Below, piece by piece: positions 34,338 through 43,788 of a stretch of 45,535 bases of DNA. Made by a program: the position numbers and the translations under genes. Origin of the DNA: a virus; the IMG/VR virus record IMGVR_UViG_3300045005_000110; one strand, 5' to 3'. Under the pieces are notes generated by a model. The model had not been told where the DNA came from, did no database searches, and worked only from the letters and a program-made list of their open reading frames with translations. Each line of letters begins with the position of its first letter. Position 1 is the stretch's first letter.

Positions 34338-34983
34338 AGAACCAGTATTGCAACGTTGACAGCTTTCTGGTGGCAATCACGTTGCGGGGCTTCGTCTTCG
34401 TCTCCCGCACCTTGCACCTCTCTGGATCGACCTCCTTCATTCTGGTCGCCAGCGGCGTCGGGTAGTCCAGCTTCTCGCTCATCCGCCACTTCACCCACGA
34501 CACGCCGTCGCCGGCATACCCCTCCCACGTCTTCACCCACGCCGGCCGCAGATCCGTCTGGAGGAACCCACTCAGGGCGTGAATGACGTGGTACTCCATC
34601 CACAGGAACCACGTCGGACCCTTCTGGAAAGACATGTTGTCCCGGCAGAACACTTCCTGCGCGTCCGACGCCACCCGCATCAGATCCTTCATCATGTTCT
34701 CGCCCACGCCCAGACTCATGCCGAGCGGCTTGAACCGATCCAACATCGCTTCGATCTCAAGCCGGAAACACTTGCCGTACTCCTTCTTCTGGAGCCAGAC
34801 GTTGCCCAGAAGGTACTTCTTCTGCTGATCCGCTTTCGACAGCGGTTTGGCCTTGTACGGCTCCAAGTCCTTCTCCGAAACCGTCACGTTGTAACACCCC
34901 GCCATCTGACTCAGATCGTACTCCGTGATGTGGATCGTCGGACTGATGCAGTTGCTCGGCGGGAACCCCTTGAGAATTGCCAT
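34336..34983 (-). CDS. Hypothetical protein (215 aa)
   Basis: ORF with normal composition. Confidence 0.6.
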   Translation of the reverse strand: MAILKGFPPSNCISPTIHITEYDLSQMAGCYNVTVSEKDLEPYKAKPLSKADQQKKYLLGNVWLQKKEYGKCFRLEIEAMLDRFKPLGMSLGVGENMMKDLMRVASDAQEVFCRDNMSFQKGPTWFLWMEYHVIHALSGFLQTDLRPAWVKTWEGYAGDGVSWVKWRMSEKLDYPTPLATRMKEVDPERCKVRETKTKPRNVIATRKLSTLQYWF

Positions 34984-35090
34984 TTGAACCCTTTCTTCTC
35001 CCGTATGGAGTGAAGCCTGTGAGAATTGCCATTCTTGTTTCTTAACAGAGTCCCGCCCGGTTATAATTCAACTCACAACCGGGAGAAACA

Positions 35091-35399
35091 ATGAGCAATC
35101 AGTGGTTGGACAAGAAACTAGAAGAGAAGATCGCCACGCTGGAACTGGCACTGGAAAACGTCCGGGCGGCGTTCCTTCAAAGGACGGACGAGTACAACAA
35201 ACTCAACTTAAAGCTGGCGAACGTCGAAGCCGACCTGTTCGCCGAGTACGACAAAAAGGTGGCCGACCTGAAGGTGTACATTGTCGGCGAAGTTGACAAG
35301 TACCTTGATCACCTGCTCAAGAAAGAGAACAAGATCCCGTCACAGATCCGTGCGACCATGACCGCAGAGGAAATCGTCGCCAAGTGCCTCGGTCACTGA
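35091..35399 (+). CDS. Small coiled-coil protein (102 aa)
   Basis: K/E/L heptad-like sequence. Confidence 0.5.
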   Translation: MSNQWLDKKLEEKIATLELALENVRAAFLQRTDEYNKLNLKLANVEADLFAEYDKKVADLKVYIVGEVDKYLDHLLKKENKIPSQIRATMTAEEIVAKCLGH

Positions 35400-36172
35400 G
35401 TCGTCTTCGGAACGTATGCCGGCTGTTGTGTCTGCGGTACGTCTTCGCCCGTATACCCCGGTTGCTGGTGAACGCCTCTGTTGAGGGGAACGCTGGTCCG
35501 GGGTTTTTGACCGGACATCTTCAATTTGACGGCCTCGTACACCCTTCTCAAGAATTTGTTCCTCAACTTCGGGTCGAGCTTCATGAACCTGTCGAACCTC
35601 GGAGCCAGATCCGGGGGCAAACCCTCGCTCCTGCCCCGCGCCGCGTTCTGAAGGAACGCCTTCGCTTCCTCGGCCGTCTTCATCTTCCGCACGATCCAGT
35701 TGGTGATCATTCCGCTGAAGGCGTCGAACTCGTGCCGCAGACTGTAATAGTTCTTGTAGTCGGCATCGTTGTCGAGCTTCATGTCCGCACTACTGCCCGT
35801 CAGTTCGCCGGCCCTCGGATCGGTCGAGTGGATCAATTCGTGAACCAGAATGCTGTAGATCGCGTCGGCCGAACGCCCCTTCAACTTGAAAGCGTTCGCC
35901 ACCACCTTGTTGCTACGCTCGTCGTCCCACGCCGCACCGATCCTCTGGTCGTCGTAAACTACCTCGAACGTGCGGAGAAATCGCTGCGTCTTGCCCGTCT
36001 CGGAGTTCATCCGCTTCGACATCAACTGGCCGAGGGACACCGGCTCTCTGGTCTGGTAAACCTGCGGCACCGCGTCGGCGATCTTCTGCGCCATGTCTTG
36101 CAGCTTCGCGTCCAAGTCGTCGGTCAAAAATCGGCCGACGCTCTCCAACAACCAGCGTGTGAACTGTTTCAT
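35393..36172 (-). CDS. HExxH zinc-metallopeptidase-like protein (259 aa)
   Basis: 'AIYSILVHELIHSTD' contains the HExxH motif. Confidence 0.6.
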   Translation of the reverse strand: MKQFTRWLLESVGRFLTDDLDAKLQDMAQKIADAVPQVYQTREPVSLGQLMSKRMNSETGKTQRFLRTFEVVYDDQRIGAAWDDERSNKVVANAFKLKGRSADAIYSILVHELIHSTDPRAGELTGSSADMKLDNDADYKNYYSLRHEFDAFSGMITNWIVRKMKTAEEAKAFLQNAARGRSEGLPPDLAPRFDRFMKLDPKLRNKFLRRVYEAVKLKMSGQKPRTSVPLNRGVHQQPGYTGEDVPQTQQPAYVPKTTQ

Positions 36173-37449
36173 CAGAAAGGAATCTCCTCGTCGCCGAAGA
36201 TGTCGCCGGGAACGTATTTCACCGGCTCGCGTTTGTTCTTCTTGTCCTCCAGCGTACCCGACAGGATCTCGTGCAACGCCTCCTTGTACCTCGTCGCCGC
36301 AGTCCCCTCTCTACGCGGAGGACCGGAACGGTACAGGTTCCACAACCAGTCTATCGCCCACGTCGAATACTCGTCGTCGTCTTGGTAGCCGGCTTCCATC
36401 CCCGGCTTGTTCCTAATAGTCTCCAGTCCGAACGTCGGCAACACCTCGGTCGCATACGCTTCCCAGTCGAACTTCCGCTTGCTCCAGTATTTGGCGACGT
36501 GGTCGTCGCCGAAAGCGTCGTGGGTCGAAGGGATGTGCAGCCGCTTGTACAGGTCGGCGTAAATCATCCGCTTCTCGGCGTACTCTCTGTCGCTGTGTTC
36601 GTAGCGCGACTGAACGACGCCGTCCAGTTCGGACTTCGGGATACCGAGCCGATTCGCTTCGCGAACGGCGTCCCCGTAAGTGTTCACCCGGCTCATGATC
36701 GCGTCCACGTCACGCTTCGTCAGCTTCCGGCGGTAAACGCTGTTCTTGTAGCCGTACCCGCCCTCGACCGGCTTCGCCGCCGGACCCGACTCGATCCCCT
36801 CTTCCTTGTCCCGGCGCGGCCACAATATCACCGTCAGTTCACGGGCCAGATCCGCCGCACCCTTCCCGTGCTTCCCGCCCCACTGCCCCGGATTCGTCTT
36901 CGACGCCTTCAACAACTGCCGCAGACCCTTCCGCTCCGGTTCGCTCAACCCGTCGATCAGTTTCTGCTTGACCCGGCCCTTCAGTGCGTCAACCAGAATT
37001 TCAAGCTCCGGTTCGTCTACGAAGTCCACGGTGTTGTGGCGGCGTTCGGCGGCGTATCCCAACATTTCAACGACCTGACGCCAGCTTCCGACGATGCGGC
37101 TCCGCATGTCGAAGTGCCGGCGTTCCGTGCTGCGCATGTAGTTGGTTTTGGGGACGCGGCGGGGCTTCTCGTCGTTCTCTCTGGGGTCGAGTTTGTTGCC
37201 CAACCACTCCTGGGCCATCTTCTTGGCCGTGTGCGGGCTGTCGGCGATGACGTAGACCACGTCCTCGGCGAAGTCGCCGGTCTTCCACTTCCGCTGGTTC
37301 TTCGGCGCGTGGAACGTCACGCGAAACTTTTTGTAGCCGTCCTCGTAGTTGCCGAGGATCGCGTGTTCGCTAAGACCGCCGATCTCTTCGACCGTAACGT
37401 CCAGCGGCCCAAGCTCAATAAACGAGCGGAATGACATACTGAATTCCAT
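36172..37449 (-). CDS. Hypothetical protein (425 aa)
   Basis: Long ORF whose stop overlaps the downstream start. Confidence 0.65.
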   Translation of the reverse strand: MEFSMSFRSFIELGPLDVTVEEIGGLSEHAILGNYEDGYKKFRVTFHAPKNQRKWKTGDFAEDVVYVIADSPHTAKKMAQEWLGNKLDPRENDEKPRRVPKTNYMRSTERRHFDMRSRIVGSWRQVVEMLGYAAERRHNTVDFVDEPELEILVDALKGRVKQKLIDGLSEPERKGLRQLLKASKTNPGQWGGKHGKGAADLARELTVILWPRRDKEEGIESGPAAKPVEGGYGYKNSVYRRKLTKRDVDAIMSRVNTYGDAVREANRLGIPKSELDGVVQSRYEHSDREYAEKRMIYADLYKRLHIPSTHDAFGDDHVAKYWSKRKFDWEAYATEVLPTFGLETIRNKPGMEAGYQDDDEYSTWAIDWLWNLYRSGPPRREGTAATRYKEALHEILSGTLEDKKNKREPVKYVPGDIFGDEEIPF

Positions 37450-37483
37450 GCCTTATTTAGCCGCTCCCGACAATAACTAAGGC

Positions 37484-37972
37484 ATGCAAACTTTCCGTCA
37501 GTGGATCGAATCGTCCCTTTCTCACCCCGCACAGGTCGCTTTCAACAGCGTCTTCGAGGCCGCTGTCGCCATCCGCAAGTTCATGAACAACCTCAAGGGC
37601 AAACAGCAAGTGCCGCAACAGGACGTGTACGGCATCGCCGACGCCGCCCAGAAGCTCTATTCCGCCATCATCAACATGGACAGCACGACACGCGGCGAAA
37701 TCGAAACCGGGCAACACACCGACGCCCTCTCGAACCGCGTCTACTACGCCATGAAGGACATCGACATGATCGTGTCGGACATGAAAGACAACCCGGAGCG
37801 GTACGGCGACATGGCGACTTCCGCCGTCTCAAGGCTCGGCGGAAATGGCTACAGTCAAACCGTCCGCACGGCCGGAACAGCCGGGAACAATCACCTGCAA
37901 GACATGTACAAAGAACTGGTCGGCCTGCGGCAGAAGATCCGGTCGGCCTACGACAACATGTTCAAGGACTAA
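37484..37972 (+). CDS. Hypothetical protein (162 aa)
   Basis: ORF with normal composition. Confidence 0.55.
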   Translation: MQTFRQWIESSLSHPAQVAFNSVFEAAVAIRKFMNNLKGKQQVPQQDVYGIADAAQKLYSAIINMDSTTRGEIETGQHTDALSNRVYYAMKDIDMIVSDMKDNPERYGDMATSAVSRLGGNGYSQTVRTAGTAGNNHLQDMYKELVGLRQKIRSAYDNMFKD

Positions 37973-38208
37973 TCGCCCTGCCAGCCGGCGATCACGATAA
38001 CCTTCTCGCCCTCGATCTCTTCGCCCTCTTCGTAGAGGTCTTCCGTGAAACACGAGCCGTCGTCCTGTTGGAACGCTATCTCACAACTCGTCGCCACGCC
38101 GCTATAACTCAGATCATCGAATCCGCAGGACGCGATGATCTTCAGGTTGTGGTTGGCCTCGTCCTCGTATAGCTTGTCAACCAGTTCCTTCAACTCGAAC
38201 AGTCTCAT
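37969..38208 (-). CDS. Hypothetical acidic small protein (79 aa)
   Basis: Real start MRLFELKELV… with the strong SD GAGGAGGAAGA-ATG. The track ORF's N-terminus is junk. Confidence 0.5.
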   Translation of the reverse strand: MRLFELKELVDKLYEDEANHNLKIIASCGFDDLSYSGVATSCEIAFQQDDGSCFTEDLYEEGEEIEGEKVIVIAGWQGD

Positions 38209-38472
38209 TCTTCCTCCTCGTAGCCGCCGAGGTCTACGATGTGGCTGGTGCCTACTGGTGGCGTCGGCGGCGTCACCGGGGAGTAGTGGCTGAGTTGGCT
38301 CACGGGGAACCCCATGTCGCAACCCATGATGTAGTAGTACAGGTTGTTGCCGTTCTCTTCCTCGTCAATGGCGACCACCATCGCGAACAGCACGCCGTTG
38401 AGCATGTCGTGTACCCAGTACAGACCCTCTTTTTCCGGCGTCCCCTCGATCCAGTTGATCTCGTTCATGGTC
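38205..38472 (-). CDS. Hypothetical small protein (~89 aa)
   Basis: Start MTMNEINW… with a GGAGAA SD. Confidence 0.45.
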
Positions 38473-38722
38473 ATTTCTCCAGTTCTGCGAGTTCCGCGTC
38501 GGACATTTCCCACTGCCGACACTTGTTCAGTGCGTCTTCCAACTTGTCGCCCGTCCTCGGAGGCGGCGCGGGCATCTCACATTCCGCTTCGATCTCGAAA
38601 TCCGAACGGTTCAGTCTGGCACCGTCGTCCCGGCGAACCACGAACTTGATCATGTTCGGGAACACACCCGTCACCTTAGAAATCATCGACCGGATCTCGT
38701 CTTCTGTATAGATCGTTTTCAT
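38471..38722 (-). CDS. Hypothetical small protein (~83 aa)
   Basis: Start MKTIYTEDEIRS…. Confidence 0.45.
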   Translation of the reverse strand: MKTIYTEDEIRSMISKVTGVFPNMIKFVVRRDDGARLNRSDFEIEAECEMPAPPPRTGDKLEDALNKCRQWEMSDAELAELEK

Positions 38723-39051
38723 AGCCTGATCTCTGCCCTTTCCAGTGCCGCGAACAGTTGATCCGCCAGCCGCTGCTTGTGTTCGGCGTCGAACGCACCA
38801 GCGAAATCGTGCATCTCCCCTAAGTGCAAACACGACTGGAAGAAATTGTAGTCGAACGAGATCCGGCGAATCACCTGATTGGTTTCGGGATCGATCCGGC
38901 AGCCCTCATCCTTGACGCCGCTGATGAAGACGTGGTTCGCAAGGTTTTCTTCTTCTTGCTTGAACCGCTCGGCACGGTAATCTTCCTCGGTTCTGGTCGA
39001 GTTGATGACGGGGATGCCTTTTGCCAGACACTCTGCAACCAAGTCGTGCAT
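38719..39051 (-). CDS. Hypothetical protein (110 aa)
   Basis: GGAG SD before ATG 39051. Confidence 0.5.
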   Translation of the reverse strand: MHDLVAECLAKGIPVINSTRTEEDYRAERFKQEEENLANHVFISGVKDEGCRIDPETNQVIRRISFDYNFFQSCLHLGEMHDFAGAFDAEHKQRLADQLFAALERAEIRL

Positions 39052-39052
39052 G

Positions 39053-40437
39053 TCACTCCGGTGGTAAGTAGCGGTCGGTAACGTTCCGACCGGGTTTCAC
39101 TTTGATGATGCCGTTCTCTGACGGCGGGCCGTCTTTACCGTACTTGATGTACAAGTAAGTAATGTAATCGGCCGCATGGGGCATTCCGTAAAGCGGCGGG
39201 TGCTGACCCATCAAATTCACAATGTCCGGGTACAAACCCAGTTTGGCACCCGAACGCTTCGTGTCCTCGACTATCGTCAGCCATTCTTTGAAGTTCATGA
39301 CGGTATCTAGCCGCCACGCCGCCTCGTCTTGCAAAAAGAAGCCCCCACAATCCTTACACTTGTACGTCGCCGGGTTCGTGTACACTTGTACGTCGCCGGG
39401 TTCGTGTCGCCATAATAGCTGCCGCCGTTCTCGTGCAGACACACCCGCGTCCCGTCGTCTTCCTTCGGACCAAAATCAATGTAGTCCTTCAACTCCCGCG
39501 CCGGGGCCGGACAACCCAACGCCTTCAACGCCGACTCGATCATGTCCTTCCGGTCCAAACCGTCCACGAACTTCGCCGGAATCCCGCCCAACCCCCAATA
39601 CGCCCCCGCAAACTGCCCACACACCGCACCCGTCGTATCCGCGTCCTCACCCAGATTGACGGCGCGAAGTACCGCCTCATCGAAACTGTCCGCGTCGTGG
39701 AACGCCCACAGAGCCGCTTCCAGAGACGCCACCACCCAACCCGACCCACGAACCATGTTCGGCGTCTTGTTCCGGTAACTCCCCTGAATCACGTTCTCGA
39801 TCAACGGGTCGAATTGCTCGGACTTCCTGGCAATCTGAACCGGCTCCCACTCCGGGTCCAACACCGTTTCCCTAGACTCGCCGTTAATAAGGCCAGCCAG
39901 CACCAAGTTCATATAACGACACGCCGACCGACACTGGTCGCTCGCGTGCGTCACCTGACTGGAGTCTGAGGCTTTCTCGGTGAGAGGGCTGACGTGGCCT
40001 TCGGCTAGTAGATCGGCGGTGTGAATCGCAACGGGTGCCAATCGCATGATGCTGCCGTTGCCCGAAGATCCGGGTGCCGGGTCGCCCGACTTCCAGGGAT
40101 CTCCGTCGCGCTCGAAGTTCATCAAGGCGTCACGGGTCGTACACCCGATGTCGAAACAGAACCCGTTCACGCTGTAGCGGCCGTTCTGGAACCAGTCCAA
40201 GTAACGGCTCATCTGGTCCTTCAAATCCCAACCCTTCTCGCCGATGCTGTGCGCCAACGCCAGAGCCATCGACGTGTCGTCGGTCCACTGGCCTTTGGCG
40301 AGGCTGTGCGGCCCGCCCGAACGGTAGGTGGTCACCAACGCAAACGTTCCGGGGGAACGGAACTCGACCGCAGCCCCCAGAGCGTCACCGATTGCGAGGC
40401 CGTACAGACAGCCCCGTTTCCTATCAAGATTGTTCAT
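39053..40437 (-). pseudogene. ADP-ribosylglycohydrolase (ARH/DraG family) gene with a C-terminal extension domain, frameshifted by a 26-bp perfect tandem duplication
   Basis: ORF 39307..40437 carries ARH hallmarks (GCLYGLAIGDALGAAVEF; TDDTSMALALAHSI; GNGSIMRLAPV; GEDADTTGAVCGQFAGAYWG). ORF 39053..39442 continues the same protein: 'TNPATYKC' occurs in both because 'acacttgtacgtcgccgggttcgtgt' is duplicated at 39356–39381 and 39382–39407. Removing one copy restores a single ~452-aa frame. Confidence 0.8.
39356..39407. repeat. Perfect 26-bp tandem duplication (2 copies) inside the ARH gene
   Basis: Direct read: acacttgtacgtcgccgggttcgtgt ×2. Confidence 0.95.
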
Positions 40438-40712
40438 GTGTGATCTTTCCGCTGACGTGATCGAAGTCCCACTTGGGGAGGGACTTCAAGTAATCTTCGC
40501 CGACGACCGTGATTTTCTCAGGGTCCATTTCGAGGTACGGCTGGCCGGGATGTGTTTCGTTGCCGAACTTGAAGTTGACCGGGGCCAGATACCACGCACC
40601 CTCGAACGAGAGAGCGGTCCATTCCTTCCCCTCGATCACCACGTCCCACAACGGGAGGTCGCCTTCGAGGGTCGCCAGATTGAGCCGCTCCACTTGTTCT
40701 TCGGTGATCATT
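40424..40712 (-). CDS. Hypothetical small protein (~96 aa)
   Basis: Real start MITEEQVERLN…. The track ORF's R/E-rich N-terminus is junk. It overlaps the ARH start by 14 bp. Confidence 0.5.
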
Positions 40713-41052
40713 TCTTCTCTCTCTCGTCGGGACCGGCCTTCGGCTTCGGGAACGACGTGACCTCGATCCGGTCGATGCTGCCGAGGTAGCCGTCGAAGTA
40801 GATCTTCACCTTCGGCTGCTCGTTCTCGGTCAGCCACTTCACGAACTCGGTCGTCGTGATTTTCTTCCCGTCGAGCTTGATCTTCGCGCTGCTGATGTTG
40901 TAAACGTCTTTGCTCTTTTCGAGCGTGATCTTGACGAACCACGGGCGGTTGCCGGCCGGCATGAACTGGATCGTCTCCAGAACGCCCTCGACCGGCTTCG
41001 CCTCTTCGCCGGCCCCGACCCCCAACGCCACCGACAGGATCATTGCGAACAT
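40708..41052 (-). CDS. Secreted protein (~114 aa)
   Basis: Start MFAMILSVALGVGAGEEA… (signal peptide-like). The upstream part of the track ORF is junk. Confidence 0.5.
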   Translation of the reverse strand: MFAMILSVALGVGAGEEAKPVEGVLETIQFMPAGNRPWFVKITLEKSKDVYNISSAKIKLDGKKITTTEFVKWLTENEQPKVKIYFDGYLGSIDRIEVTSFPKPKAGPDEREKK

Positions 41053-41234
41053 GGTTTGTCCTCTTCTTCCGCCATCGGGAGTTGACAGTTGCACGCGGGC
41101 CAGCCCCGCATCAACACGACACCCAAACGACAGACGTTGTTGAACGTAGCGAAAACCAAGATCAAGATCAAGAAGAAAAAGAATCCCTGACCCAACGGAC
41201 TCCAGTGCGCGATCATGTCGAGAATCTTGTCCAT
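41040..41234 (-). CDS. Small membrane protein (64 aa)
   Basis: TM segment FFFFLILILVFATF. Confidence 0.4.
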   Translation of the reverse strand: MDKILDMIAHWSPLGQGFFFFLILILVFATFNNVCRLGVVLMRGWPACNCQLPMAEEEDKPCSQ

Positions 41235-41302
41235 TGCGTTCCCACCCGTGGTAAAAGTTCAACGGCAACTAATTATACCAGGGCGGCACAGATAGATATT
41301 GC

Positions 41303-42013
41303 ATGAACGGTTTCCGAGAATTCTTCAACTACCAAGACCTGATCAGCGACCTGGGGGATGCGGGTGCGGAAGACATCGGCGGCATTCACGAGTTCCAGAT
41401 CAACCCCGCCGGCCGCAAGAAAATACTAATCGTCGGCGGCGTTCACGGCGACGAGGAGTCGGGTCCGCGTGGGGTCGTGGCCTACGCACGGGGCAAGCCC
41501 GATCCCAAAAACCACCTGATCTTCATACCCTGCGCGAACGCACACGGGTTCGACAAAGGGGTTCGGACCAACGCCGACCGACGCGACATTAACCGGCACT
41601 TCCACCCCAAAAAGCAAACCAAAGAATCCGAAGCGGTCTGGAAGCGTGTTTTGAAACACGAACCCGATTTCGTCGTCAGTTTGCACGAGGTCGATTACAA
41701 AACCGCCTTCATCTACTGCCAGTCCAGCGGCAAAAAGTGTGACCTCCTGCCGCTGGCGAAAAAACTGGTCGGGGAAATACAGAAGGAGTTCCCGGTCCAC
41801 AAGGGCAAATTGAATGACGGACCCTTCAAGAACCGTTGCAGCGGGAGCAGAAACGGAGTCGTCTCCTGCAAACAGACCTCTCTCGACACGCTCGAAGATC
41901 AACTGCTCAAAGAAGGCATACCGTCGTTGACTACCGAGTTACCTTCGGGAGCAAGCCGCGCCAAGAAAATCGAAGTGACCGTCAAAATGCTCGAAGTAAT
42001 CGGGCAATGGTAA
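41303..42013 (+). CDS. M14-family zinc carboxypeptidase-like protein (MpaA/AstE-like; 236 aa)
   Basis: 'ILIVGGVHGDEESGP' matches the HxxE zinc motif, 'RRDINRHF' matches DLNRNF, and 'VVSLHEVDYK' supplies the third zinc ligand. Confidence 0.7.
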   Translation: MNGFREFFNYQDLISDLGDAGAEDIGGIHEFQINPAGRKKILIVGGVHGDEESGPRGVVAYARGKPDPKNHLIFIPCANAHGFDKGVRTNADRRDINRHFHPKKQTKESEAVWKRVLKHEPDFVVSLHEVDYKTAFIYCQSSGKKCDLLPLAKKLVGEIQKEFPVHKGKLNDGPFKNRCSGSRNGVVSCKQTSLDTLEDQLLKEGIPSLTTELPSGASRAKKIEVTVKMLEVIGQW

Positions 42014-42014
42014 A

Positions 42015-42054
42015 CAATGAAGGCCAGACGTTTCTTCACGTCTGGCCTTCATTG
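42015..42054. terminator. Perfect 17-bp-stem hairpin between convergent genes
   Basis: caatgaaggccagacgt-ttcttc-acgtctggccttcattg. There is no flanking U-tract. Confidence 0.5.
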
Positions 42055-42066
42055 TAGCGGTAGCCG

Positions 42067-42441
42067 TTAAGACGAAGAGGGCGGGAGCAACGACAAGTGT
42101 ATCGAGTTCGTCCTGATTTCGAGGGAACCGCCAGCAGGCACGAGGATGCCCTGGCCTCCCAAGCTCTGCCACATGACTTCCGTCATGCCGTCCAGCCAGA
42201 TGCTGAACCCGTCTATCATGGTCGCCACGGCACAAGGGTGAGAGATCACCTCCTCAAAGGGGTAAACGGCCTTGATGAACGCACGCTCGCCGCTACCGCT
42301 GTCTACCCAAAAACTAACAGTCAACCGTGACTTCAAGTCCTTGAGTAGTGTTCCAATCGGGAAAACTACGGCGTCGTTGTGCCAAACGCCTTTGTACGTT
42401 TCCGCCTCACGCAACCACTTCTTCTGTAACCACTGGTTCAT
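42067..42441 (-). CDS. Hypothetical protein (~124 aa)
   Basis: Start MNQWLQKKW… with a GAAGGAAGAAA-ATG SD. The track ORF's N-terminus is R-rich junk. Confidence 0.5.
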   Translation of the reverse strand: MNQWLQKKWLREAETYKGVWHNDAVVFPIGTLLKDLKSRLTVSFWVDSGSGERAFIKAVYPFEEVISHPCAVATMIDGFSIWLDGMTEVMWQSLGGQGILVPAGGSLEIRTNSIHLSLLPPSSS

Positions 42442-42850
42442 TTTCTTCCTTCGGATGCTTCCTCGGATTCCCCAACCCCACCTCGCGTTCCGGCCCGCAC
42501 TCATCGAACAACGGCCAGAACTTCGGGTCTTTCGGATACGCCGCACCCTGCGGCCTCATCTTCCTCACCCGGCAGCAGAACAGACTCGTCGCGTCACACA
42601 CACCCACCACGTCGTCAACCTTCTTGCAGTCCTCTACCGCTCGCTCCAGTTCCGCCACGTTCTCAGGGGTAATCTTCTCCAGATCCGCACTCCCCCAATA
42701 GAAGAGGTCGTTGCACATCGCGAACATCGTCACCGGCGCGTACTCGCCGTCCACCCGCCACCACAACTCGCTCCCGTCCGGGCCGTCGAAACCGTCGTAA
42801 ACCGCCAACACCCGCCGGACGAACGCCAAGATCTCAGAATCGTTCATCTT
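42407..42850 (-). CDS. Hypothetical protein (~147 aa)
   Basis: Start MNDSEILAFV…. Confidence 0.5.
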   Translation of the reverse strand, partial: KMNDSEILAFVRRVLAVYDGFDGPDGSELWWRVDGEYAPVTMFAMCNDLFYWGSADLEKITPENVAELERAVEDCKKVDDVVGVCDATSLFCCRVRKMRPQGAAYPKDPKFWPLFDECGPEREVGLGNPRKHPKEENEPVVTEEVVA

Positions 42851-42856
42851 GAAGTC

Positions 42857-42982
42857 CTCAGAAACACATCGCGATTGCGACACCCGCACCGATCAAAGTC
42901 AAAAGGCCGACAGCAACCATGATCGCACAGTTGCAGCCGCAGCCCTGAAACGGATTGTTGCGTTGAGCAAAGAGTGGGTTCA
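42857..42982 (-). CDS. Possible 41-aa membrane micro-protein (MNPLFAQRNNPFQGCGCNCAIMVAVGLLTLIGAGVAIAMCF)
   Basis: Manual translation. It is below the track's length cutoff and has a weak SD. Confidence 0.25.
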
Positions 42983-43020
42983 TGTGAAAATAATAGCCGC
43001 ACCTGGGGCGAGGGCCAAAT

Positions 43021-43458
43021 TCATTTCGACAAATTGCTTTTTACTGCGTCGGCGATTTGAAGGTAAGTTTCAAGCCCGTGATTCGAGATGGCAGTGTTTA
43101 ACGCATAAAGAATGTAGCGGACGTTTTCTCGCAAGTAGCCTTTGCTGTTGTCTATTCTGTCCAGGCTCGCCACGAAGGGTGCTGCATCGGAAAAAGGAAT
43201 CTTCGACAAAGCACAGCAATCATTTTGAATCCGAAGTAGGTTCTCCAGAAATTCAATGCTTAAATCGAAATCGAGATGCTTTTTCTCGGCGCGTTTTTTG
43301 GAGTGGACGTAACTGACGTAAGCCCTCTTGCTAGACAGCTTGTTTAGCCAAGCGACATTTTCTAGCCTTCGGCATTTCTTGCATCGTCTGCCATTGTGTT
43401 TCTTCCCGCGATAGAAGTGTTCGTCGCCTTTGTCTTCTTTGCATTTGGTGCAGATCAT
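43021..43458 (-). CDS. HNH homing endonuclease (HNH_3-like) in an AT-rich island
   Basis: N-terminal zinc ribbon 'ICTKCKEDKGDEHFY…CKKC'. The HNH-type motif 'SLDRIDNSKGYLRENVRYILYALN' is present. Local GC is visibly lower than in the flanks. Confidence 0.65.
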   Translation of the reverse strand: MICTKCKEDKGDEHFYRGKKHNGRRCKKCRRLENVAWLNKLSSKRAYVSYVHSKKRAEKKHLDFDLSIEFLENLLRIQNDCCALSKIPFSDAAPFVASLDRIDNSKGYLRENVRYILYALNTAISNHGLETYLQIADAVKSNLSK

Positions 43459-43739
43459 TTAACGCCCCCAGAGTTCAGATATTCTATCGTGAAAACCCTG
43501 GAGAATTGCGTTATGCTGGTCGGCGGGATTTTTTCGCGGCTCTTGTTTCCAAAAGGTTCGACCCTGACGCCGGGGGCCGAAAAACCTGGGCGGGATTTTT
43601 TTGTGACACGCTAATAAGAAAACAAGGCCGTAGAGGTATGGGGACCGCCCCCGAACGGGAACCATCGTCAGACTTTTTGCTTTTGAATTTCGACATTCAT
43701 TAAAATGTTACAGCGTCCTGTTCATAGCGTTGTACCTTT

Positions 43740-43775
43740 GTATCCACCACACACATAGTAGTGTGTGGTGGATAC
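43740..43775. repeat. Perfect 15-bp-arm palindrome
   Basis: gtatccaccacacac-atagta-gtgtgtggtggatac, with no U-tract. Confidence 0.5.
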
Positions 43776-43788
43776 TATCCAACTGTTG

